Positions 52,783-64,000 of a stretch of 64,000 nucleotides of DNA are shown here, in pieces. The translations under genes were made by a program, and so were the position numbers. The DNA lies in NCBI RefSeq assembly GCF_006345805.1, contig NC_043010.1:48856001-48920000 (forward strand), written 5' to 3'. A model generated the notes under the pieces. It did not search any database. It had not been told where the DNA came from and saw only the letters and a program-made list of their open reading frames with translations. How positions within the stretch are numbered: the first letter of the stretch is position 1; each line of letters opens with the position of its first letter. This stretch comes from Octopus sinensis. Lineage: Eukaryota.

Positions 52783-53036
52783 TATTAGCAACAGGGGCAA
52801 TATTAATACCAAGAGGTAATATTTATCCCCACTTAAACGTGGATGTTCTATTAGAACAGACTATACTGCGGTAGTAACTATGAGAGAAACTCTCATATTG
52901 GCTTTTGGTGTAAAATACACCCTTCTTTATAGTGCTAGCGAGGAGATAAATCCTCGCCATCTCTAGCGCCGAGACCACCAGATCATGTAATTTCGACCTT
53001 GTCTGGCCTTGTCAATGATGGACACTCAACCACTAG
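52783..53036. repeat. Unclassified multi-hairpin repeat, copy 1 (254 bp)
   Basis: Colinear with 62272-62526; four short stems. Confidence 0.8.
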
Positions 53037-53039
53037 AGT

Positions 53040-53270
53040 CTCTGTATGTATGTGTCTTTGTATTTATGTTTACCCCTCCCCCACAGCTTGATAACTGATG
53101 TTGGCTTATTTATATCCCCGAAACTTAGAGGTTCGGCAAAAGATGCCAGGTTTAAAACAAAATAAGTACTGGGGTCGATTCGTTCGACTAAAACCCTTCG
53201 AGGCGGTGCCCCCACCATAGCCGCAGTCCAATCACTGAAGCATGCAAGTGATAAAACATAAGGATGAGAA
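53040..53270 (+). mobile_element. SINE family A, 3' half
   Basis: Tail segments match. Confidence 0.7.
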
Positions 53271-53368
53271 CAAACCAGCATCTAAGTTATTAATTCATGT
53301 TAAAAAGCACCAGTTTGACAATGCCGAAATTTCAATGAATTAAAACTGCGTTTAGAATGCAGTTGAAA

Positions 53369-53752
53369 GGCGCAGGAGTGGCTGTGTGGTAAGTAGCTTG
53401 CTACCAACCACATGGTTCCGGATTCAGTCCCACTGCGTGGCATCTTGGGCAAGTGTCTTCTGCTATAGCCCCGGGCCGACCGATGCCTTGTGAGTGGATT
53501 TGGTAGACGGAAACTGAAAGAAGCCTGTCGTATATATGTATATATATATATGTGTGTATGTGTGTCTGTGTTTGTTCCCCTAGCATTGCTTGACAACCAA
53601 TGCTGGTGTGTTTACGTCCCTGTCACTTAGCGGTTCGGCAAAAAGAGACCGATAGAATAAGTACTGGGCTTACAAAGAATAAGTCCCGGGGTCGATTTGC
53701 TCGACTAAAGGCGGTGCTCCAGCATGGCCGCAGTCAAATGACTGAAACAAGT
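53369..53752 (+). mobile_element. SINE family A, full length
   Basis: Complete head and tail. Confidence 0.92.
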
Positions 53753-53844
53753 TGAAAAAAAAAAAAAGTATCTTGAGCGGAAGGAGGCCAACTTCAGACG
53801 TGTTCCATTCTCGTTAGACACATTTTATTTTTTATTTATGCACC

Positions 53845-54130
53845 CTTTTCAAGCCTAGCCAGGCTCATAGGCCTGGTTTCCCGGTTTCTATGGCGTATGT
53901 GTTCCTCCCAGCTGGACGGGACGCCAGTCCATCGCAGCGTTACTCAAGAAGCAGGAAGAAAGAGTGAGAGAAAGTCGAGGCGAAAGAGTACAACAGGGGC
54001 CGCCACCACCCCTCGTGGAGCTTTAGGTGTTTTCGCTCAATAAACACACACATCGTCCGGTCTTGGAATGGAAACCGCGATCCTCCGACCGTGAGTCCGC
54101 TGCCCTAACTACTGTACCATTGCACCTCCA
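53845..54130 (-). mobile_element. Family C-type SINE, same tail as 22877-23165
   Basis: agccaggctcataggcctggtttcccgg..gacgggacgccagtcc. Confidence 0.8.
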
Positions 54131-54345
54131 CCGTTAGACGCATCAGTGAACCATAATGTGTCACTGCACGATCTTAGAATGACTAGAGAAACCTGGAGAA
54201 TTTTTGAGGGAGAGGCGTCGTCAATGAATGTTGTTGGTTTAATATTTTAAAAAATGATTGGATGGCAGGACGAGTCTGAATACTTTAAATGAACCTATTA
54301 TAGTCTGGGTTGCGACTATAATAGGTTCATATATCCAAAATTGGT

Positions 54346-54654
54346 GGAGGCGCAATGGCCTAGTGGTTAGGGCAGCGGACTCGCGGCCGTAGGATCGCGG
54401 TTTCGATTCCCAGACCAGGCGCTGTGAGTGTTTATTGAGCGAAAACACCTAAAAGCTCCACGAGGCTCCGGCAGGGGTGGTGGCGATCCCTGCTGTACTC
54501 TTTCACCACTCTTTCTCCCACTCTTTCTTCTGTTGGCCTGCTCGCTTAGCCAGCGGGGTGGCGTCATTCGAAGGCTAAAACAATGCGAACGCATTGTGAC
54601 CAGCGATGTGTAACTACATCTGATGGACTGGTCGGTCACGTGATGGTGATGGTG
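54346..54654 (+). mobile_element. SINE family C head with a different tail, 12-bp TSD
   Basis: atatccaaaatt at 54331-54342 and 54655-54666; (ggtgat)n tail. Confidence 0.9.
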
Positions 54655-54946
54655 ATATCCAAAATTAGGGAATGGAGTAGATAAAATCTAGGCTACATAT
54701 GCTTCATAGCAGAACTTCGAAAACTAATTACGCAAAGGAGGGGGCAATCCGCTAGCTATCAATCCCAGCTGATAACCGTAAACGATAAAATAACTTTTTT
54801 TTCAGTTTAGCGAACTGCCATATGAGAAAAAATTTACAACCTTCTGCGTCAACAAACCACCATTGTCCCTGAAAGTTGTTTTTTATACCTTCTACGGACT
54901 GCTCGATGCTTACAAAGTTCCTGCACCTTGATCCTTTGATCTTACC

Positions 54947-55008
<62 letters not shown>

Positions 55009-55074
55009 TGCATACATACACACATACATACATGCATACATACATACTTACATACATACATACATACATATAAT

Positions 55075-55330
55075 ATAAATAATATATAAATATATGCATA
55101 TATACGTACATATATGTACATACCTACATCTATATGTATATATACATGCATATATGGGTACAGGACATCAAAAAAACGTTAAACACAATGAGAAACGAAA
55201 ACATCAAAACAAAAGCATAGAAACGAACTTTTTTTTCAAACAACGAAAAAAAACCCAGAGAAACGAGACATACAACATAAGGAATATTCCCTTTCTTCAG
55301 TTGTCCCTGTTTCATCTACTCCGCGTTTAC
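55075..55330 (-). repeat. Diverged inverted copy of the 143-360 repeat
   Basis: The reverse complement carries tcctgtac..catgtatatatacatatagatgtaggtatgtacatatatg. Confidence 0.6.
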
Positions 55331-55366
<36 letters not shown>

Positions 55367-55529
55367 GGTAAAATAACAGGAAAGGTTAGTGTAAGATTAT
55401 ATGTCGGAGTCGTATAAGATCAGATAAAGTTGTTTATTTTCTGAGAATCTTTATCCTTCCTTTTCTCACTTCAACGCGTAAATCATTTTCCGAATTCTCT
55501 TTTCTATACTTCTCTTTCTCACATTTTCA

Positions 55530-55840
<311 letters not shown>

Positions 55841-56749
55841 CTCGTTAGCTGTTCGTCCTTTCTCCTACTTCATGCTTCTTAGCAGTTCTGCTATTTCCGT
55901 CATCAACTTGAAGGTGTGTGATAAACCCTGCTGAATGGCGGCTGAACAAATACTGAACACGATTTATGCACACTTCTGTGTTGTAAAATAATCATCGTTT
56001 GGTCGCTTAACGGCCGACCAAAACGATGATCATATCCGGTTACACTTGAGTCGGCCAATTCTCTTTCAGCGGGTGAGACGAGGAGAAGGCAGCAAATTGA
56101 TTCAATGTGCAAACAAATCAACGTTGAGTGCCATCGCCGTGGTCAAACAACCGGTATTAAAGCAGCCATGGACGACAATCGAACTGAAGATGTTGACTAG
56201 AATATAACTCTTCGACTTGTTTCGGTTTTCCATTTTCCAATTTCTATTTTTTTTTTTCGTTTTTTTCCTTCTTTTTCTTTTGCTCATTTATTCATTTATT
56301 TTGATAGGGATGAGAGGAAAAATAAAAATATCAATTCCATACATTCTCATAAGGCCTCTTGAGAAATGGAAATATTGTAAATTTAAAAACAAAGAATTGT
56401 TGTGACAATGAAGTTGTTCTTATTTTAATTCTTAAATTCTTATATTCTTAAATTCATTTTTTATTACATACTCGAGCGTCATGATCTCTATAGTTCTTCT
56501 CTATTTCCTTTCTTATTTCTTTTTTTTTATATCATTGCTATGTTTTGCTTTTCCGTTGTTATCTTATATTTTTTCTGCGTTTCTGTTCTTTTCTTCTCAT
56601 CTGCCTTTCTGCGATTCTCCTTATCTTTTCAACAGCTTTATTTAGGTTTATTGATAACATCTTTATTTCACGACTTTCTTTTCACCCACAAATATTCCAC
56701 TTTTTGTCCTCACTTTTACTTTTTTCTCCTCAGACTCGTTTTCCAGTTT

Positions 56750-56965
56750 TCCCATTCCTCCTCCTCCTCTTTTCTTCTTCTCTTTCTTCTACTCCTTCTT
56801 CTCCTCTTCCTCCCGCTTTTTCTTCATTATCTACTTCTCCTTATCCTTGATCTCCTCTTTCTTCTTCTTCTTCTTCTTCTTCTCCTCCCCTTCTTTTTCT
56901 TCTTTTTCTTCTTCTTCTCCTCCTTTTCCTCCCCCTTCTTTTTTCTTCTCCTTCTTCTTCCTTTC
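56750..56965. repeat. (CTT/CCT)n pyrimidine tract
   Basis: Direct reading. Confidence 0.9.
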
Positions 56966-57606
56966 GTGCTTAAGCAAATTTTGATACAGGATTTACCTTA
57001 GACCGAAATGCAAGGAAAATCCACCGATGAAAGCTGAACAGAATACAAATAATCTAATCCAACGGGATGGGAAATAGATACAGCAACGAGCAGAAATATG
57101 TAGCTAAAATACTTAGTAATTCCCAAAATGACTGCCAAAACACTTTCATCTGGTGATTTTCCCATCCATCAAAGTATCTTACATCCTGCTAAAGACGATG
57201 TTATAGTTTGGCGGATTAGATTCCGTCACGCAAGCTTCAATCACGAATGCTTGAATCGAGAATTGTGAATTCTTATTCAGCTGAAAGTAGTGAGTTGTTT
57301 TCTTGGCCATAAGCAGTGAACTCTTCTTACCTCAGCTTAGCTAAGTACCTATTCGTTTGAAAAGTTGACCAACCATAGGCTAGCCCTCAATCCTACAAAA
57401 TGACCTAAATCACCCATCTGTTCAAAGCCTTAACTGCAACCAGAGAAAGGTACAGAATTTATGAACTATAGCAGAAGAATTTCACTAATATTATCTATTG
57501 TTATACTGTTTCAAAGATCTGTGTTCTTCATAACATCTGAAATATTTTCATTTACTTCCAAAACACCAAAAAGAAAATATCAACGATCAAATATTTTATG
57601 TATAGA

Positions 57607-58108
57607 CTAGCAGTATCGCCCGGCGTTGCTCGGGTTTGTAAGGGAAATAACTATATAAGCATTTTTAGAGAGTTACTTCCCTTATAGATGCCAATTCGGG
57701 CTTTCTTAGCCATTTCTGTTTTGGTGTCTTCAAGCCATGAAGTCGTTGTTCTAAAAGAACGCTGGTCTCCTTGACAACGCTTTACGACGTTGATTTCCTT
57801 ACACTCCCTTCACGAGGGAGGGAAGAAGGGGGAGAAGCAAACAGGTGCAGGTGTGACCATGGACGCCAACTCCGCCGCCATCGACACACGAAAAATTATG
57901 CATTAAAATGGAATAAAAAATGATGTTAAATTATTTTTAAAATCGTAGACTCATCGTAGACGCGCGCTAATACTCAGACGGGCTCGATACGAATCACGAC
58001 TATAAGATACCCGAATTTGGTTAAACTGCACCGCAAAATGTGGGAGTAGTTAGGAATCTAAATCAAAGGGGACAGACACTCACACAACTACATTTTTATA
58101 TATATAGA
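57607..58108 (-). mobile_element. Non-autonomous Helitron (502 bp)
   Basis: The minus strand begins A|TCTATATATATAAAAATG and ends with hairpin CCCGAGCAACGCCGGG about 8 nt before CTAG|T. Confidence 0.85.
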
Positions 58109-58374
58109 TAACGATGCACACAAAATCCTTTCTTTTCTTCTTAATCTTATTCAAATTCTTTGCATTGAAAGCTCTTTGCATTCAGCACTCATTAATGCCT
58201 CGATATACGAAGTTAATTTGTTCCCGGAGATGGCTCATAAAGCGAAAACTCGTAAAGCAGGACAATAGTAGCAATGAAAGTTTATGCAGTCATTTTATTC
58301 CGTCGCTGTATAGACGCATCAGAACCAGTGTTGCCACACACACAAAATAGCTTTTTGAACTTTTTATATTTTTT

Positions 58375-58726
58375 CCAGTTATTTGAATGTGGCCATGCTG
58401 GAGCACCGTCTTATTCTTTGTAAACCTAGTACTTATTCTATCGGTCTCTCTTGCCGAACCACTAAGTTACGTGGACGTAAACACACCAGCATCGGTTGCC
58501 AAGCGATGTTGGGGGGACAAACACAGACACACAAACATATACAAATACATATATATATATATATACACACAACAGGCTTCTTTCAGTTTCCGTCTACCAA
58601 ATCCACTCACAAGGCTTTGGTTGACCTGAGGCTATAGAAAACATTTGCCCAAGGTGCCACACAGTGGGACTGAACCCGGTCCCATGTGGTTGGTAAGCAA
58701 GCTACTTACCACACAGCCTCTCCTGT
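58375..58726 (-). mobile_element. SINE family A, nearly full length
   Basis: Head, microsatellite and body. Confidence 0.88.
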
Positions 58727-58752
58727 GGCTATATTTATTATAAAATAAAAAA

Positions 58753-58982
58753 GGCGGCGAGCTGGCAGAAACGTTAGCGCGCCGGGTGAAATGCGTAGCC
58801 GTATTTCGTCTGCCGTTACGTTCTGAGTTCAAATTCCGCCGAGGTCGAGTTTGCCTTTCATCCTTTCGGGGTCGATAAATTAAGTACCAGTTACGCACTG
58901 GGGTCGATGTAATCGACTTAATTCCTTTGTCTGTCCTTGTTTGTTCTCTCTGTGTTTAGCCCCTTGTGGGCAATAAAGAAAT
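58753..58982 (+). mobile_element. SINE family B, full length
   Basis: Complete head, core and tail. Confidence 0.92.
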
Positions 58983-59054
58983 ATATATTTATTATAAAAT
59001 AAAACTCATAAACCTGGGGGTCTCGTAATGTGGATTCTCGTAAAGTGAGATGAA

Positions 59055-59410
59055 CAATAACGCGAGGACGTGGTACAAGTACTATATCATCAGACGTTCA
59101 GGAAAGGAAGGAAAGAGGATTTAGCGTTTTTAGCAGGAGAGGGTCTTTCTCCGTCCGGGTTGCGGATCCGTGGAATAAGCTGCCGGACGAGATAGTGAAG
59201 ATGTCGACGACCGCTCGGTTCAAAGTCTCTCTTGACCAGAAATGGCCTGAACTCTTTGCATGAACACCCCTGTACATAACTCCATGTCCCCCTACATGAC
59301 CTTGCTTTTTGCTTTTTGAGCCAAAGCTCTTCTTCAGAAATAGAGGAAAGTCCAAAGGAAGGGAAGACGGAGGAAGAAAATCGCCAACGATACACACGTG
59401 ATTACATTTT
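59055..59410 (-). mobile_element. Second copy of the hammerhead-bearing repeat, split by a CR1-type insertion
   Basis: Minus strand: attt-CTGAAGA-a-gagc(tttg)gctc | insertion | AAAC-GCT-aaatcctc; flanks match 1325-1470. Confidence 0.6.
59132..59317 (+). mobile_element. CR1/L2-group LINE 3' fragment with (ttgctt)n-like tail
   Basis: RRGSFSVRVADPWNKLPDEIVKMSTTARFKVSLDQKW, then a short 3' UTR. T-runs at both junctions. Confidence 0.8.
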
Positions 59411-60009
59411 GAAATGACCGGAAGGGAATGGGTGATTAAAAAATATGTATAGGTATGATAATGCAAACAGAAAAAATAGAATCCAAAATATATTTTGATA
59501 TTTAGCAGAAGCAACAGAGTGACTCTAGGGCCGAGAGTGTCGTACGTTAGCACGTTAAATATTATTTGCAAGGGGTCTCCTTCATCGAAAACCGGTGTTT
59601 ACCGTGCGTTGAGGAGAGGCAATTACCTTGAAACTATAGTCCGTATGTAGCACTTAGGTTTTCGAGGGAGGATGATCTCCCTTTGCAAATAACACAAGGG
59701 CACTGAGATTGTGTCTAAAGTCCATCTGGTGACGTTGATCGCCTGGGGCTAAAAGCATCAGTAACACCCCACCCCCAGTGGCTAGCCACATTCAGATGGC
59801 TAGTACACCTTACGTTACAATAATTAGTTTTTTTTTAAATAGTTTGGCCGTTATGCCGTTCAGTAAATAAATACATAAATGAACAAATCATAGAAATGTG
59901 TGAATACTTACACACATAAAAGAGAATGGTGGGAAATATAAATACAGTGTGTGTATGTGTGTGTGTGTGTGTGTGTGTGTTTCTGTGTCTGTGTTTATTC
60001 CCCCCACCA

Positions 60010-60336
60010 TTGGTGAATCGGCATGGCCCAATTCTAATCCACGATAATGCAAAGCCACATGCTGCAAGAATGACGGTGCAGAAACTCACAGACTTGCGAT
60101 ACGAGACTTTACTACATCCTCAATATTCTCCTGATCTTTCACCCACTGACTACCATTTTTAAAGCATTTAAACATGTTTTTAAGTGATAAAAACTTCCAG
60201 GTCCAAACCAGATGCGGAATCAGCTTTCAAAGATTTCTTAGCATCAAAGCCAATAAGTTTTTATCAACGAGGCACAAATAATCTCGTTGATCGATGGCAG
60301 AGATGCATAGATGTTTACGGCTCATACTTTGACTAA
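60010..60336 (+). mobile_element. Hsmar1/cecropia-like mariner transposase 3' fragment
   Basis: LVNRHGPILIHDNAKPH..HPQYSPDLSPTDYHF, frameshift, then ..LVDRWQRCIDVYGSYFD*. Confidence 0.88.
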
Positions 60337-60351
60337 TCAAAACATTTCAAT

Positions 60352-60554
60352 TACTCTTTTACTCTTTTACTTGTTTCAGTCATTTGACTGCGGCCATGCT
60401 GGAGCACCGCCTTTAGTCGAGCAAATCGACCCCGGGACTTATTCTTTGCAAGCCCGGTACTTATTCTATCGGTCTCTTTTGCCGAACCGCTAAGTGACGG
60501 GGACGTAAACACACCAGCATCGGTTGTCAAGCAATGCTAGGGGGACAAACGCAG

Positions 60555-60585
<31 letters not shown>

Positions 60586-60706
60586 CATATATACGACAGG
60601 CTTCTTTACCAAATCCACTCACAAGGCATTGGTCGGCCCGGGGCTATAGCAGAAGACACTTGCCCAAGATGCCACGCAGTGGGACTGAACCCGGAACCAT
60701 GTGGTT
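60352..60706 (-). mobile_element. SINE family A, nearly full length
   Basis: (actctttt)n tail and body. Confidence 0.88.
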
Positions 60707-60769
60707 GTTAATTTTTCCAGAATAAGATTATGTTTCTGAAATCGCTCATTATTTTCGGAAGAACCTAAT

Positions 60770-60800
<31 letters not shown>

Positions 60801-61063
60801 CACACGCTCACACTCACACACACACACTAACAGGCGCACACGCACATGTATATCATAGGTATATGTTTACGGTTAAGCTTTTTATAGTGTGGTATTGTAG
60901 GGAGGCGACAATTTTCAAAATTTATCTCGTGTCACCTCTGATGCGTGTGTTACAGGGAGGGTTCACCATCACTGTCCTATGTACTACCATCGATATATTA
61001 TTTGAAAAACAAATTCCCTATTCGTTTTATTGATTTTTCTTTTACAATTTTGCTTCATTTCAG

Positions 61064-61121
61064 ATATAAGCTTACCTAAGGAATGGGGTAGTGTTATTAA
61101 GAGAGCCATTCAAAAGAAAGG
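61064..61121 (+). CDS. Candidate 58-nt exon (D)ISLPKEWGSVIKRAIQKKG
   Basis: Long polypyrimidine acceptor ending ttcatttcag, donor AGG|gtaaat, open in phase 1. Confidence 0.3.
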
Positions 61122-61253
61122 GTAAATACATTTTCTTTCTTCATATTATTTCCTTAGATTGTTCGGTAATGTTTTCTTCAAATTCTCGTCGTGTTCTTCA
61201 TCTCTCTCGTCTCTTTTTTCCCTTTGTCTTACTTCCTTTCTTTTTCTCCCTCA

Positions 61254-61285
<32 letters not shown>

Positions 61286-61879
61286 AGCTATCTGTCTATC
61301 TATCTATTTATCTATCTCCACAAATACACTAACACATGTGTTTATGTGTTTGTGTGACGGATTCTGCATAGTTTCCGTCTAACAGTCGCACTCATCAACC
61401 AATGAGTAATCCCAATCTATGGTAGAAAACACTTATCCAGAATGCTCCGCTATGGGATCGAGCCATGAACCTCCTGAATGCGAAACGAACTTCTTTACCA
61501 CACAGCCATGCATACATTTATGTGTTTCAGAATCTCTCCCAGTATTTCCAATTAAAATACAAGCATAGCATTATCATAATCATGCACAACGGAAAAACTG
61601 ACACAGCTGATAGATCACGGACAGAAGGCTTTGTGATATTCGGCCCGGTCCTTTGCACAGAGAATTTAATTCTAACAAGGTCAAGGTCATGTTTATCTTT
61701 TATGCTCTACGATTTGATAAATAAAATACCAGTCCAGTACCGATAGAAACTTTGTCTGAAAAGTATTGTTTATATATACACGATAAATATATATACACGA
61801 TAAATATATATATATATATATATATACACGATATATAAATATATATACACGATAAATACATTTTATCTTTTAAAAAATA

Positions 61880-62269
61880 CTAGCAGTATCGCCCGGTGTT
61901 GTTCGAGTTTGTTTCGACCCTTTAGAAATGGAAATTTTGAAAAGTAAAAAATTTGCATTATGTAGCTTGTTATTCTCTTTAAGTGAACATCTTTCTGGTT
62001 GAAATACACCGAAAAATGGCGACACAGCAGTCAAAAAATCGTAAAAAATAGGGATTTTCATAGAAAAAAACCCCACCTTTTTGATGTAAATCATTTTTGG
62101 TGTTAGCATGGTCCGAATTGAATTTTTTTCTTCTACGGAAAGAAGAGCAAGCCTTCTATCATACTCTCAATTTTGGTCAACTTGCGCCGCAGGGTCTCGG
62201 AGGAGATAGTATTAGTTGAAGGCTACCAAACATGCCATACACAGACAACTTCAGCTTTATGTATATAAA
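61880..62269 (-). mobile_element. Non-autonomous Helitron (about 390 bp): same ends as 57607-58108, different interior
   Basis: Shared ctagcagtatcgcccgg end, CTAG|T junction, decayed hairpin, TC start decayed to TT. Confidence 0.75.
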
Positions 62270-62271
62270 TA

Positions 62272-62526
62272 TATTAGCGAGAGCAGCAATATTAATTCCG
62301 GGGGGTAATATTTATTCCTACCTGAACGTGGATGTTCTGCTAGAACAAACTTTACTGCAGTTGATACCACGAGAGAAATTCTCAGAGTGGCTTTTTGGTG
62401 CAAAATACACGCTTGTTTATATCGCTAGCGGGGAGATAAACCTCCGCTACTTCCAGCACCGAGACCACTAAATAATATCATTTAGACCTTGTTTGGTTTT
62501 GTCAATGATGGATACTCGACTGCTAG
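62272..62526. repeat. Unclassified multi-hairpin repeat, copy 2 (255 bp)
   Basis: Colinear with 52783-53036, roughly 70% identical by eye. Confidence 0.8.
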
Positions 62527-63300
62527 CGGCAGCAGCGGTTCATCTCCTCGCCCGTGATATGTAGATTGACAGTGCCAGAAGAGGCACTGGCGTCACGATT
62601 AGCCAGTTAGCTTCTCTCTATCTCCACCCTCCCCTCTCTCTATCTCTGTTTCTCTCTCTCCCTTCCTCCACTCTCTCTGTCTCCGTTTTTTATCTCTTTC
62701 TTCCTTTTTTTTGTCTGCCTCTGGAAAAAATTGGTTCTGTACAGACTTAAAGACGCATTTGCTCCACCAGGTTTAAAACGCTTAAGTCATATTGGGTACG
62801 GCTTCTTGTGACTCCATTGCATATGGCGGTCAACAATTCCATAAGGTGTTCAGTAAAAATAGTACTAAAGTTAACTACAGCATTAAAAAAAAATAATCAT
62901 GACTAATACCATCCAGATCCACAATACGGAAATGCTGTAACCAAACGTAACGCGAAGACAGGCATCAAGGTGTTGCTGAAACATAGTTTTGCTCCCTTAA
63001 TGGCGAAAGCCTTGAGAAAATCATTGTCAATTCATCTGATGTCTCATTTGATGAACCATCACCAAGCTGTATATAGCTCTAAAAGGCACTCTTCGAAAGG
63101 TCACCTGTGCAAATATAACCGGTTGTTCAGTCGTAGCTCCCCCAGAAAACCTCACGCCACGGTCATAGAACATACAGAACAACTATTATATAAAGAGGAA
63201 TCAAATTCATTTTATTTAAAGAATAGTAAAGGTAAGGTAAAGTTCTGCTTTATATTTAAGAGATAAGGAATTATGTACATTATTTACATTATTTACATTA

Positions 63301-63683
63301 GTGGAAGCACTCCGTCGGTTACGACGATGAGGGTTCCGGTTGATCCGAATCAACGGAACAGCCTGCTCGTGAAATTAACGTGTAAGTGGCTGAGCACTCC
63401 ACAGACACGTGTACCCTTAACGTAGTTCTCGGGGATATTCAGCGTGAAACAGAGAGTGACAAGGCCGGCCCTTTGAAATACAGGTACAACAGAAACAGGA
63501 AGTAAGAGTGAGAGAAAGTTGTGGTGAAAGAGTACAGCAGGGATCACCACCATCCCTGCCGGAGCCTCGTGGAGCTTTAGGTGTTTTCGCTCAATAAACA
63601 CTCACAACGCCCGGTCTGGGAATCGAAACCGCGATCCTATGACCGCGAGTCCGCTGCCCTAACCACTGGGCCATTGCGCCTCC
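63301..63683 (-). mobile_element. SINE family C, full length, 13-bp TSD
   Basis: attatttacatta at 63288-63300 and 63684-63696. Confidence 0.93.
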
Positions 63684-63894
63684 ATTATTTACATTATGGA
63701 GGGTATGGCAGGCTGGAGAGTATATCAGCCGAAACGTTGTGTTTACAACAAACAAGATGAGGACAAGTATCCGTCGAATGTAAATAATGTAAATAATATA
63801 AGGTAAAGTTATCTTCTTGAGTCATGTCGACTGATCACGGCCGGTCTCCCGGTTTCATGGCATATATATTCTCCGTCTGGACGTAAAACCGGCA

Positions 63895-64000
63895 TGTTAA
63901 GGGATTAGTCATTTTTACCAGTTGAGTGGACTGTGGAGCCACGTGAAATGAAGTGCTTTGCTCAAAAACACAACACGTTGCCCGGTCCAGGAATCGAAAC
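63895..64000 (-). mobile_element. Family D-like SINE running off the window end
   Basis: gttgagtggactg..gtgctttgctcaaaaacacaacacgttgcccggtccaggaatcgaaac. Confidence 0.7.

Noticed and set aside
52783-53036. Helitron call for the multi-hairpin repeat because it ends in CTAG
   Set aside because: Neither copy is followed by T, and there is no TC start or subterminal GC hairpin.
57327-57460. Minus-strand exon with a strong acceptor and GTAAGA donor
   Set aside because: Stops in all three frames; at most a non-coding exon, which cannot be supported.
62740-63266. Coding exons in the unique 62.7-63.2 kb region, either strand
   Set aside because: Only short open frames with no recognisable motif, paralog or strong paired splice sites.

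Overview
AT-rich, repeat-saturated eukaryotic DNA. From my recollection of its tRNA-derived SINE families, it fits an octopus (cephalopod) genome; this assignment is an inference. Most of the window is microsatellite or transposon debris: four tRNA-derived SINE families (labelled A-D here), mariner/Tc1 copies, RTE-, CRE- and CR1-type LINE fragments, two non-autonomous Helitrons, MITE/foldback elements and Penelope-type hammerhead remnants. Almost every ORF in the supplied track is translated microsatellite or SINE. The main non-repeat signal is absent from that track: two paralogous, splice-flanked, phase-1/phase-1 coding exons on the + strand (21249-21368 and 29220-29336, 30 of about 40 residues identical, many synonymous changes, two conserved Cys). 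A 33-nt exon precedes them, and further microexon candidates are scattered across the window. I cannot name the protein. The intron between the twin exons is rich in inverted repeats, including a perfect 121-bp-arm palindrome. There is no CRISPR array, rRNA or convincing genuine tRNA.
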